Shown: piece after piece, positions 1 through 12,524 of the stretch
Numbering within the stretch: the first letter of the stretch is position 1
How the letters are laid out: each line of letters starts with the position of its first letter
Assembly (NCBI RefSeq): GCF_009834535.1
Contig: NC_045696.1
Location: 48,548,001-48,612,000 of the forward strand
DNA length: 64,000 nt
Reading direction: 5' to 3'
Origin: Camelus ferus
Taxonomy: Eukaryota
Notes under the pieces: model-generated
Databases searched by the model: none
The model's input: only the letters and a program-made list of their open reading frames with translations
Told to the model about the DNA's origin: nothing
Position numbers and translations under genes: made by a program

Positions 1-1789
1 TTTTAAAATGGTGAGCTGTAACAATTAAGGTTTTCTACCAACCTTTTCAACCAAGTTGGACTGCTTCCCAGTGTGTTTCCCCTGTTGGAAGAGCAGGGGA
101 GGCCAGCTATACCTGCGCACTCTTCAGATGCCAGAATACCCCTGACCTGGAGACTTCTGTCCTTGCTTTTGCTGGAATGGCATTTTCTGGGTCATCTAAC
201 GTGCCCCTTCAAATTTACCAAAATGTCAGCTCTTTGTTGGGGCTATTCCAATGCTACTTTACTTCCCTAGCCACCTTGTTGGGAAACAGCTGGGCAGTGT
301 TGGCTTTATCCAAATGCATCAAATTGAATATTGAATCAGTAAGGTCTGTAAATGTTTATTACTGAATTCCAGCAGATCTCACAGGATTTAATTCTGCATC
401 CATGGTAGAGATTCCTCACCCTGTTTCTTAGACTGAGCATGTAGGATTCTGTGTCATTGCATAATATGAACCAGAAGACTGCTCTGCACACCCGATCGAG
501 TTGTAGCCCCTTTATACACACAGGGCTTTTTATGTTCCTGACGAAGTGTACTAGGTATTCTGGGATCGCTACATTTTTTTCTCCCTCCCAAGGCATACAA
601 GAATGTCCAGGAGCATTGTAAAATTTCTGCTTGGCAGAAACAAAGCTTCCCTCTGGTTCATGGTTGGTTTGACATTGCCCCACTGCTTGCCTGCTCCTCT
701 CTGAGAATATCCTCAGTGTGGCAGAACTTCCTAGTTCATATCAAAACCGTGAAGGGGGCTAGTAAAAAGTTCCTTGAAAAAACGAATGATTATAAATGTG
801 CATAAAATCAGATACGTAATCATACTGTTGTTCTCAATGACAAATATTTTGTTGGAGGCAATAGAGTTTTTATTAAAAAGTTACTTGAGAACCCAGTGCT
901 TATCATGTTCCTAATTTTTTCTCTTTAAATCAGTTCCTGCAATTTCCACTGAATAGTGCTAGAAAAAGTAAAGAAGACGAGTCAGTGAATAAGGATACCC
1001 TCTCTCTCTTAAGAGAGGCTTATGTGAGATCTTTTCAAGAATCACTAAAACAGAGAGTCATCTTGCTTTTCACAAAAGCATATTTTTGTTTTTCATCTGC
1101 TTTATCAAGGAAGCAGTGAGCTTTGGAAGTGATTTGCAGTATGCTTCTGGTGAATAATAAAACCTCTTCTTTCTCTTTTCTCTCTCTTTCTCTGTCATAA
1201 TGACGAACATTTTGACACCATTCTGCAAATTATGGAAAATAATCAGAAAGGGAAAACAGAGACACTGTGTGACACTGTCAAAACTCCCTGGGCATTTCAG
1301 ATTTCTGCTCTGCATGAAGGAGTGTGTATTTATCTAATTTCACACTTGGATAGTGAATCATTAATCCAGAATGAAAATGGACGTCCTGCTTCTCAGGATT
1401 CCGCCTCTCTTTTAAAGTAGCCAATCAAATAGCTTAATTTTTCATCACTTAAGCAAAGAAAGGATATTTGGAAATTATTTCTTGTACATCTCATTTATCC
1501 ACAAGCCCTCTAATTAGTCCGCATGAAATACGATGCTATTTACATACCTGCCTAACAGAACTGTTTTTATTCCCCCATTTGACCTTCCTTCTCTTACTGT
1601 TTATTCCCAACCACCCCAGCTTCTCTTTTTTTTTTTTTTTTTTTTTGTGGATTTCATTACTATGCTGTTTTCGGGTCTTCTAGAATAATAATTATTTGAA
1701 ATAAGGTAAGCAAGTTTGGCGTCGTTTCCCTTACATAATGAGAAAATGCATAACCAGATGATGGTGCGATGTGTGCTAATAGCTGCCCT

Positions 1790-1985
1790 TCTGTTAAGTG
1801 CTTATTTTTTTTACATGTATCATATTTAACCTTATAATAAGTGCTTGAATAATATAGTTACTGTTTTTCAAATGAATAAAATGATGTTTGCATAACTTCC
1901 CCAAGATCAAAGAGCTAAGCCGTGTTGTATAAGGATTCAAACCCAGTTTTAGCCTCACATGCTGTCTTTGAAGTAAGGTAGCTTT
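1790..1985 (-). mobile_element. MIR SINE fragment
   Basis: Resembles the reverse complement of the MIR core (…taacttccccaagatcaaagagctaag…ggattcaaacccag). Confidence 0.55.
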
Positions 1986-2524
1986 CATTTAATAATGATC
2001 TCCGGGCCCAGAGTGGTTCTTCCACCCAAGCCCCAAAGAGCAGCCATCCCGCTGTCCCTGGTCGTGCTCCCTCAGCCCTGTTGCTTGTAGTCAGGCTCCC
2101 CCTTCCTCATTATTTTCCTTATCTCTGCTATTTTAAACTATTTTAAAAATGTTTCTCAACTCTAAAACCTACAAGAAGAATCTCTTATTCAGATTCTTAC
2201 TGCTCACTTCTCTTGGAATTTATTTCTCCCGCCTCCGACAGCTGGCGAGTTTTACTCTGTGATACTGTTCAGGTGATCTAAGCCTGCCCTTTCTTCTTCT
2301 GTGGTCCTTATCCCTCACGTGTATTGCAGTCACTGCGATACTTAGGGGACTTTGTTTCCCATGTAGGAGTCTTTATTTACCCTATGAGTGTTCCGTTAAC
2401 CTTTGCTTAACATGAGAATAAAGGCCAGTAAAAGAGATCACCACCTGAACACAGAAGCAACCCGTGACTCAGTCTTCTGTCCTAACCTGGTGTCTCCACT
2501 CACTTTCTAAAATAATGTCTTCAG

Positions 2525-2833
2525 TGGGGGTGGGTGAGATGGTGAAAAAGGGTCAAAAAGGACAAATTTCTAGTTATAAAATAAGTCACTAGGATGCCAT
2601 GTACAGCATGGTGACTATAGTTAATAATATTCTATTTGAAAGTTGCTGAGAGAGTAGATCTTGAAAGTTCTCACCACAAGAAAAAAAAAAAGTTTTGTAA
2701 CTATGCATGGTAATGGATGTTAACTAGACTTATTATGGTGATCATTTTGCAAAATATGTAAATATCAAATTATTACATTGTAAACCTGAAACTATAATGT
2801 ATCAACTATATATCAATAAAATAAGAGAAAAAA
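2525..2833 (+). mobile_element. L1 3' UTR fragment (L1MA-type), 5' truncated
   Basis: Typical L1MA 3' end (atgtacagcatggtgactatagttaataat…gagagtagatcttgaaagttctcaccac…ggtgatcattttgc…cctgaaact), ending in AATAAA and an A-rich tail. Confidence 0.8.
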
Positions 2834-3557
2834 GGAGTAAGAATGGGTGCCTTTAACTGACAGCACTCTTCGCCCTTGAATCTGATTCACTCACGGGTTA
2901 TCTTGACCCTCCCGTGGACCCTGGTGTCAGTCTTCTAATTTTTGGTTTCTAGACCAGGCACATCTTTACAGACTATGCTGAATAAAAATACCTCCATCTG
3001 TGTAAACTGAACAGTGACGTCCTTTTATAGCCAGCATTTTCTCAGAGTCACGTTATTGACATGGGCTACCATTCTGGTTCAGCCGTCAACCCCAGTTACG
3101 AGGGGGCCAGCTTCCTTTAAACACAGAAACACTGCTGGAATGAACCTCAGAGACAAAAAATCATCATCTTTCCTCCCTATTTTATGAAGAATGATTGAAC
3201 TGAGACCCAGAGAAGGGCACTAACTTTAGTTTTCACATTATGACACATCATGACACAATTAGATCTAGACCCAGGTATCCTTGATATGAGTCCTAAGTGC
3301 CATTGCGGGAATATCGCAGCATCTCTCTTTGCTGTTTTATTTTTCTTTCTCTTTTATGCATTGTGGATACCAGAACAAGCCCAAGTAGCAGGGCTCTTTC
3401 CATGGCCAAACACCCAGGCCCTCATTTGGCATCCCACCCCACCCCCTCGTACCTCTCCCTCTTTCAGCAAGTGAGAAAGAAAGGAAAGAAGCTGCTCTTC
3501 CTCTTTTCCTCTTTTCACCAGCACATCTAAGCTTAGACTCAGGATAATATCCCCCCA

Positions 3558-3559
<2 letters not shown>

Positions 3560-3596
<37 letters not shown>

Positions 3597-3600
3597 TACA
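3560..3600. repeat. (CA)n microsatellite
   Basis: Direct CA run. Confidence 0.95.
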
Positions 3601-4714
3601 TCTTGATGTAAACTAGGACTTGAGATCTAATGGGTAGCCCATGCAATACAGTCACACACAGGAAAAAAAAAATCTGCTACATGTGTTTTGAAGGGAAAAC
3701 ATTAATCTCTCACCTGTTTTAATGAGATTCAAGACTGTGTGGACAGCTAAATTCACATCACCCACTTCTCCAAGAGCACTTGCTGTGATCTGTATTTAAT
3801 TTCTATTTAATATGCCAGCACCTGTTGCCTTCCTTTTTGCAAATGATAAGTTATTTTCCCCTCTTCCAATTCTAAGTCCATGACCTTTATATTAACTCGG
3901 AGGAAGTGGGGGCAACCTCACACACTGACACTTCATGTCTGGCATAAACACCTTTGGATCAAATGTCTCCGCCGCCTGAAATGCCAAGGAAGCCTTTGGG
4001 CACCTCTGAACTTTCAGGGTCAGGAGGTTGCAATAAGGGTGACGGCCCTGCAGCCCAGCCCTACTGGTGACGTGTATAACTGAGGCTGAGATCACTTTTG
4101 TCCCCTGAACATCCTGCCCAGATAGTCAGCCTCTTAAGCTTTAGTGAAAGATAATTTAACATCCGGCTTCAGACATACATTGTTAAAAGAATCTCCACCC
4201 CCTGTCACTCAGAAGCCCCCGCTGATAGATTTATGTGACTTCAGCTCAGAGGAGGACATGAAGCCAGAGCTGTTGACACTGCGGCACCTGTGTGACTTGC
4301 TTTTAGACACAATTCTTTGCTGACAACTAACGAAAAAGAGCTTCCCTCTAATAAGGGAAAAACGAAGGAAATCCTTCTTGGCTTTAAGATTGGAGCCAGA
4401 AATACATTTGTATACTATTTAAGAGAAGTCAGCCAATTCATTTCAATAACCACATATTGAAACCTTAGCAGAAGTTACACAGTATGCTAGGATCTGGGGT
4501 CAGAAAGATGATTGAGACCCAGTTTCCTGACTTTAAGAAGTTCACCATGTAATTGGGAAGGTCACGGCTTCAACACTGAGGCTCTGGAAACAGCCCACTG
4601 AAGTCTCCTCTCTCTCTGCGTGTCACATGGGTTTTCACTGTCCTGTGTGTTGTACTGCTCCCCTGGAAGGCTCCAGACTATTCCCATCCCCTCCACCTAG
4701 CAAGACTCTGGGAT

Positions 4715-5330
4715 TTGTTCATTTCTTCAGCATATATTTATTACATCCAGTAACTAAACACAGGGTGTACAGAGATGAGCAGAGCACACATGGCTTCTCT
4801 CTTACGGCACTTTTGTTCTAGTGGGTGGAGACACATCATGAACAAGCAAGTAAATGAATAATATAACTTCAAATAATGCTATGAAAAACATTTAGAGGTG
4901 TGAGACAATAGACAGTAACTGAAATGAGTTAAATTAGACAAAATGGTCAAGATGGGTTCTCAGGAAGGTGACATTTTGATAAAAACCTAGACTATGAGAA
5001 GCTGGACATGTGGAGATCTGAGGTTAAAAACTTTTTAAGCAGAAAAATCTATGCGTATAAAGGCCTTGAGTGAGGGACTGAGCTGAGTTATCTGAGGGAC
5101 AGTTTGATGGCCAGTGGAAGTGAGAATCTACAAGCTCATTAAGCAAAACAGAAAATGTAAGCGATGAATTCTGAGAGGGCAGCAGGAGCACATCAGGTGG
5201 AACTTCTGAGCTGTGGTGAAGATTCTGGATGATGAATTACGCATCTGCAGTGCCACTGGATGTTTGTAAGTAGTGGAGGGAGGGCAATGCTGTATGTTTA
5301 AAGACATCACAGTGGCTACTGTGTAATAAG
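4715..5330 (-). mobile_element. L2 LINE fragment
   Basis: Antisense L2 3' region motifs (ttcagcatatatttatt…gttctagtgggtggagac…ggaaggtgacattt…tttaaagacatcacagtggctactgtgt). Confidence 0.65.
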
Positions 5331-5639
5331 TAACTTCTACCCATGCTTCTTACTGCATGATCTCCAGATCTCTGTGTCTCAGGTAAGCCTCCATCTGTAG
5401 TCTTCAGGTTATGTATCACACGGGTATATGTCACACATATGAGAAGATACTATTCACAACATGTAACTTGTCATCTTTAATAACTGCCATCTGTACCAGT
5501 GGTGAAGCGTTTCAATATAAAAAATGCCACATATTTACCCTCAGTTTTCATTCAGTAATTTCACAGTCTTTGTGTTTTTTGCTGTTATTTGGGAAAAATA
5601 TTAGAAATTGATTTTGAATGTTTTATGGCATTTGTTGGA

Positions 5640-6010
5640 TATTTGTTTTGCAAATATTTATTGAATATCCCTGTGTGCTGGGTTCTATTCTAGGTGCTGT
5701 TGTTACAGTAGCGAGCCAGATGGTTTGTCTTCATAGAGCTTTCACTCCAGTGAGGCAAGAGAGAGTTTTGGGGGAAAAAACAAGTAATAAAACTTCAGGG
5801 GGAGGGTATAGCTCAGTGGTAGAGTGCATGCTTAGCACGCACAAGGTCCTGTGCTCAATACCCACTGCTGCCATTAAAAAAAAAAAAACAAAACCCTAAT
5901 TACCACCCCTCCCCAAAAACCCAAATAACTAAAAACAAACAAACAAAAAAAACACTTCAGATAGGATCTTGCTACAAAGAAGAACAAGCAGATAAGAGAA
6001 TGATTAGGGA
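5640..6010 (-). mobile_element. L2 3' fragment interrupted by a SINE
   Basis: caaatatttattgaatatccctgtgtgctggg…ctaggtgctg…catagagctttcactccag is the antisense L2 tail; similarity resumes after 5960. Confidence 0.55.
5799..5953 (+). mobile_element. tRNA-Ala-derived SINE (camelid vic-1-like)
   Basis: ggggagggtatagctcagtggtagagtgcatgcttagcacgcacaaggtcc closely follows tRNA-Ala(AGC). Box A TAGCTCAGTGG is intact and box B is degraded (gtgctcaatacc). A-rich tail; ACTTCAG repeated on both sides (5792-5798, 5954-5960) as a TSD core. Confidence 0.9.
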
Positions 6011-9000
6011 CTGGAAGGATGGAGATCTGATCATAAGGAAAATAAACGTGTAGTTCTTGGTGACATGACTAATGGAAAGAAGTTTCTCTCTGACTTAGTA
6101 TTTGTGTGATCAGCCATGCTTCTTGCTTTGCTCCCTTCTTACTCAGGTTAACTAGTTGGGAGAAATTCTTTACAGACTTTCAGCTGTGAATGTTTGCATT
6201 CATTTATGACTCTTGTTTTCAGGAGAAAAATGAGGATTATATTGCTCAGACGAAAGGTTGAGGAAAGTAAGTTTTCATCTGTCTCAGACACGTATTTTTG
6301 TCCTGCTCTAGGTTCCACTGACATTTGGAAAGCATTTTCATGGATAAGAGAGACAGGAGGTTTAGATCTGCCCTTGGAACCTAGGGTTCTTAGCTGAAAA
6401 ATCTGAGTCCCTTTTCTCTGAGACAAAATGGGTAATTTCATGAAGGTCACTGTCATTCTCCTCTACCTCCTGGAGAAAATCCTTAACATCAGCTCTAAGG
6501 TGCTCTTACAGGAGACTCACTATAGAAACACTCATTTCTTTTCAGTGTGTTTAATTCCCTACTCTGACACGGGCTAGTTAAATGACCTTGCACAAATTGC
6601 TTTCTCTCACAAAACTTTTGATTCTCTCTGACAAATTCCCTTTACTTCATCACTCAAACAGGTCTTGAAATCTCATCTCCCACAGGAAGCAGTTCTAATA
6701 AATTAGAGAAGAAATGATTAATTCCAATACATCACTTCCATTGTGACATATTCTATGTCCCTACTAAATGCACGGATTCCTCCCAGTTTACAGCTAATAA
6801 AAAGGCACTTTGGTTAAAATTTCATTACTTATCTTAAACTAATTATTTATGTTATCAACCATCTACATGCTTATCTATTCCAAAGATTATATTCTAAAGT
6901 GATTGAGTTATCCCTGCATGTTTCAGCTTCATTGAAAACGATCTTTTCCTTCTACCTGTATTCTGCTTAACAAAAGAGTGGGGTTTTTTTCTTTTTTTTT
7001 AAGGAAAACAACTTCTTCTAGACATATCTGAAAATATCAGATGGCCCTGGGTGTCAGTTACGGCCTATGAGAGATTTCTCTGCACACAGGGATTCAATAT
7101 GGCTTTTACATCTGTATCCTGGTCTTAAGTCCCATGGCTCACACATTGTAAGTGCTCAGTATTACCTGGTCAAATGATTAGTAGCAAAACATCTTAGCAC
7201 TGCCTAAGAATGCCAAGGCATTGGTCCTAGGAGCTAAGGTTTCCATGGAGTTTGTCATGGCTTTGACAGACTGGTCTCTGGAAAGCTTGTGGAGTAAAGG
7301 GACCGGGAATTCTGGAAATCAACTTACCACTGTCTCAGACTCTAATAGGCTGGATGATTTTGGGCAGATCACCTACTCTCCTTAACACTCAGGTGTGTGT
7401 GTGTGTTGGGGGGGTGTATGCATATATATTTAAACATATATGAAATTGAATGAGGTTATCTCTAGAGTAACTTTTAGATATAGTATTATAGGAGTCCATG
7501 ATTCTATTGATAATGCCTCAAATAAACTAAAGCTTCTCCTGGGGACTATAACTAAAAGTAGGCGATGCTGTGGTCAGAGGTGATGTCGGGGTGATTGTGA
7601 TCCTTCCCATTGGGGAGATGGTGTAATAGTTATGCTTACAAGTATGTCAAGGAAGGAATTATTTTCTGAGCACTGGCGTGTGCAGTGCAGCAGGGGACTA
7701 ACAGAGGGCTTCATCCAACTATAGGCTTGCGATAATAGAAGTTTGATGTCAAGCAGGTGACTGGGTCTTTTATTTAGCAAAGAATGTCAAAGAAGGCTAC
7801 ACACATAGAGGGGTGCTGGGAAATACCACTTCTCCTAGTACCATCGCTGCAGCTGTGAATATAATCTGCCTCACACTCAAGAGCCATGAAAGAATTAATG
7901 AATGCAAAGTGCTTTTGTGAAGGGGGAAACTTCCTGAGCCTGGTCTCTGCCAGTGAAATGGGCTGACACTAAATAACCTAAAGGTCCCCGAAGCAGGGTG
8001 CCATGAGTATTAACATATGTATTACAGTGCATTAACATTAGGAGCAATTAAATGAACTCTGACCGAAACATAACAATGGCTAAATCATCCTCACTAGGCA
8101 GAGCAGAAAATCGCACCCAGCTTCTGGGTTTGGGGCAGTGCACAGGATCACAGCGCCTCAGCGTCGATGAGGCAGAGGCAGTACTGAACGAAGGCTGTTG
8201 GATTCACAAGATACCCTGGCTCATTTCCAGGGAACACTTGCCTTGCAATTAAACATCAAGAGGGCATTTCTGTACCCCACAGTAACTCAGTGCTGTGGCG
8301 TTTATTTATCCCTTTGAAGACACATATAGGAAAAGAGAACAATATTATCACTTGGGGACATATGGGCAACATCTCAGCTGAATAATAAATTCTCCTCTGT
8401 CTTTTCCTTTACATTGCAAGTCTCCACCTTTGAGGGTCTCCCTGCCGCTTGCAGAAGAGGGCGTAGAGAGGTGACACCAGTCGAGTGCTGCCTTGAGCAT
8501 CCTTCATGCGGATTACAGCATGACTTTACAGGGTAGCAGCGCAAGTCATTATACTGGGGATTCATTAGGGGAAAGAAAACTTCTGTGAGAACTGACATAG
8601 CGCATTGTAGTCTCAAGAGCTCCTTCTCGTTCAATGGCCCATACTAATCATTGCCAGGGAGAAATAATCTTTTTTATTTCCTGCTTGAATAATGAAGAAC
8701 TCCTGAGCCACTCTTGAGGTGTCAAAAGCTCACTGTGTGGTCTTTGTCCTCTTTGGCCACTGATCCCTCCCCTGGACGCCAGTGATTGTGAAGTTACTCT
8801 CACCTTCTCCCACTTGAACTTGCACTTGTCCGTCCTCTCTCTTTGGTTAAACAGGAGCTTTGTGTGAGAAAGTCGCTATGGACGTTGCTGCTGCTTCAGT
8901 GAAAAGTGTTATGAATAAAGCCGCATTTTCCTGGAGGCTTCTAAAAACAAAACAACTTGTTGGTTTAACAACCATCCTTTCTAAGAGTTTTCTGCATGAT

Positions 9001-9075
9001 TAGGAATATAAGCTTACTGCTTAGAATCTGGGAACTCCCCTGTTTCCCTTAGAAACTGGAACAAAACAAAACGTG

Positions 9076-9097
9076 TTTTTTTTTTGTTTTGGTTTGG

Positions 9098-9128
<31 letters not shown>

Positions 9129-9131
9129 TTT
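9076..9131. repeat. T-rich low-complexity tract / poly(T)
   Basis: Long T run with G/C interruptions. Confidence 0.9.
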
Positions 9132-9752
9132 GCTGCTTCCTGAAAAATAGCTGCTTGATAAGAAATAAGTACAAATTGTGAGACTACTTCTCAAAGCCTG
9201 GCTATTTTGGAGATTCAAAGGCCACAGTCCCAGGCTACATTTTCATCCATGGATTTCCACTTTCCATGTATTGTAATGGAATCTGACATGTAGGAGTTAC
9301 ATATGCTTGTAAATTACAGTCCTCTGTTGTGTTCTCACATTGATAAAGAACAAAGTCTTACAGGTAGAGGTTAAGCAGTTGAATCATTAACATCAAGATG
9401 GTTAATTCTCAGACTTACCTTGAAGAGAATTACCTTCTGAGAATTTATAAATACTGCATTTTTACAGTATGACTCTTATAATACTTCTGTTTTAGTTTTA
9501 GTTTTGGTTTGGTTTGGTTTGGTTTTTAGTGATAATTCTGTCCACGAAAGAAATAATCTTTGGGGAAAATTATGTATGAAATCCTTCTATCTCAAAACAT
9601 AAGTTATAAATAAGATTTCTTCTTGTTAAAAAAAATCAGAATTCTTTAACAAATATTCATTTTACTCCCACGTTTCCTCCTTTCTCTATCCAGATTCCAT
9701 CGACCTAGGCCTGACTTTATGTCACCAATGTGACCAGTTAAAATGTGACCAA

Positions 9753-10110
9753 TGTTAAAAATGACTAAAGAGGACAATTAAGTTGATAAAGAGCAAACTT
9801 TATTTAACATTTCATGAAGTGGTCTCTATTCCCAAGGGTCCAGAGAACTGCAAACTGTGACAGAAAGCAGGAAACTTTTAAAGGATAAAGAATAAGGAAC
9901 AAGGGAGAGAAAAATAGAAAATGAATGAGGAACAAGGAAATTAGCATAGTGCCCAGAGCTTGGCTTGGCATCTGGGGATTGGCTGACTGGATTTACTGCC
10001 ATTTCTGGCCAAGCATGCATAGGGACACAAACGTTACCTAAGTTTCGGTTTGCTAGTACAGCACCCCGAGCAAGAGCAGCTCCATCTTGGGCCTAGACAT
10101 TTATTCAGCA
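9753..10110 (-). mobile_element. Solo LTR, probably ERV1 class
   Basis: The minus strand runs TG…CA (tgctgaataaa…ttttaaca) and contains caagatggagc, a CCAAT box, a TATA-like cctttaaaag and AATAAA near the 3' end, in LTR order. No clean TSD seen. Confidence 0.6.
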
Positions 10111-11359
10111 AATCACATCAGGGTCTCAAACTCTGTAGGGCTCCTGCTTGAGGTTTAAAGCTTTGAAGTCTCTGTCTTGAAATTTTTAATAAGGTTGTCA
10201 TTGAATTTGTTTGGTGATGAAGTCCAGTGGGGCAAGAACCATGTGCTGGGGATAATGAGGTCTCAGCAACTAGATGGTTCACCTCACATCATCTCTCCCT
10301 CTGCCCGGGAAGGATTCTCTATTGCCCCCTCCTAGCTCCTGCTCCCCTTGGCCAGCCACCCGGTGACCACTGCTGCCAGAGATCTGGGCACAGGAACAGG
10401 AGTCAAACACATTTTGTGGGCTCCCTGCGCTGGGAGAGCAGTAACCACCTCTGCCCCAGGTCAGCTGTGCATCTGGACTCATTCATTAGGCAACTTGCGA
10501 TGAAGTCTCCCACCCTACCCAGAAACCAAGAGTGTCCCCGTGCTGAGGTTGCAACCCATTTTGGGTTGCCCATCCACTGAGTGTTGAGATGAAAGTGTGT
10601 GGAAAGGGAGATTAAACCACCCCAGGCAGTGTCCCCACATTTTCATGTGGCACTGGACAGGGCAGTAGGCAGCCCTTCCTCTGCGCCCATGATTCTAAGT
10701 GTGAGGTCCCATATGACTTTATATCAGTAGATCCAAAGGTCTTGCTCATCGGTTAACAAAAATTTTGCTGAAAGGAGGCAAAAAATGGTTCTAAAGGACT
10801 TTGACTATGACCCTCACTCTTCAAAGGCTCTTTCAGAAGTGAGAGAGCGAGCACACAGCCTGTTGGTGACTGCTTCAGTTAGATTTTTTTGGTTCCAGGC
10901 GACAGAGAATCGCTGACACCACTACCTCAAGGAAAAGTGAGTCTGTTGTAAGGCATGGATGCGGAAAGCCATCAAAGCCATTGGCAGCCGACACCTTGGG
11001 CAACCGCTTCTCTCCCATCACTGCCAGGAGCTCACACGGTCTCTCCAGGGCATCTCCGCTGCTTTCCACACGTCGGCCTCCTCATAACTTTGATTTGTGC
11101 ATGGCTCACCATGGTCTGCCATAGGCTTCTCTGTCTGCACTGGGACCTAATAAAGGCAGTTCCCACTAGTACCTCCTTTGTTATCTGGATAGTTCTGCTT
11201 TCGTGCCAGGGCACACCACTGCTGGCTGGTCCTGACTGCAGATTGGCTACTTTTCAGTCAGATTCTCAATCCAGTTACCGCAGCGATGGCCAGGGTATTA
11301 GGTAGTAAAATGGGCTGCCTTTTTCATCGAGGGCTGTGGACGGGGCATCTGTGCAGTGG

Positions 11360-12365
11360 CTCATCTTTCTCCTGCTCCTAAATTGACTCTGACCCATCTG
11401 TTTCCTGTCTCAGTTAGAGAGCCCATCACTCCAGCTACTCAGGGAGACACAAAAGAATGTTCATTCTGTCCCCTTTCCCTGCTGCATCCCTTCTAGTGGC
11501 TTAACCTTCCAGCTTCCTCTTTTCACAGTTGGTGATTGATTTCAGAATAAAATACTTCTTAGAATGACATAAAAGACCTTCTGGACCTGGCCCTTAACTA
11601 TTCTCCAAACTTCTCTGCTGTCCTCACTGTTTCCCACCCTCCAGAATCACTTTTAAACTACTTGCAATTCCTCTTTCTCATCTTCACAATTTCCCACATT
11701 CTCCTCTTCCTCCGTAACACAAGCACACTGTTTGCCTTCCTCAGACCGTTTATCACAGGCATTGCTGCTGTTTATTTATGTGATTTTCCAATAGCTTGTG
11801 AATTTCTTGAAGGCAGACACCATGTTTCAGCTTTCTGTATCCCCCATATCTAGCAGAGAATTTAGCGTATGATATATATTAAATATAACACATGGGTATT
11901 ACCATGTGCCCCTATTTTTAAAATTTCAGCGACCTCACATTGCTTTCAGTATGAAGTGCACACTCTTCGGCACCTCTCCCATATCATCTTTTCACGACTT
12001 TTCAATATTACGTTTCAACAATAAGGAGATACTTCTGGTTAATCAGTAGGTCTTACTGATTTGTATCTGTTTGCTTTTATAAAGGATGCTGTTCATGCCC
12101 AGAATACCTTCCCCTCCTCTTTCCTACACAGGGAACTTCTATTCATTCTCAAATATTTAACTCAGGCATCAGCTTTCTTAGGAAGTCACCGTGTTCTCTC
12201 TCCTTCCCTTTCTTGCAGTGTTAGGCTCCTTCTCCTTTAGCATCTCTTAGAATTATTTTCTCCATTATAATACTTTTCGTATTAAAGCAGACTTATTGCT
12301 TTTATTGTCTTTTTACATCCTCAGTTTGTAACACAACATATGGTGGGTGCTCAATAAACACTGAA
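11360..12365 (+). mobile_element. Degraded L2 fragments
   Basis: L2 3' motifs (tagcttgtgaatttcttgaaggcagacaccatgt; tcaggcatcagctttcttaggaag; gggtgctcaataaac). Confidence 0.5.
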
Positions 12366-12524
12366 AAAGGGAGAACATAATAAATCTGGAACTAAGCCCT
12401 AGATCTCTGTGCTGTTTTTCCAGATAATTTCCATTGCATCATGTCACTTTCCATGAAAACAGTTCTCTCCAAGATAGATCACAGTTATTTCAGCGATACC
12501 ATCATTGGCCAACACATGCTTAGT

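Noticed and set aside
5799..5875. Functional tRNA-Ala gene
   Set aside because: T-arm/box B and acceptor stem are mutated, and it is followed by a SINE body, A-tail and TSD.
7850..7925. LF-SINE/AmnSINE-like 3' tail (aattaatgaatgcaaagtgctttt)
   Set aside because: Match too short to distinguish from a MIR remnant or chance.
10551..10569. Palindrome GCAACCCA-ttt-TGGGTTGC
   Set aside because: An isolated 8-bp stem is expected by chance in 64 kb.
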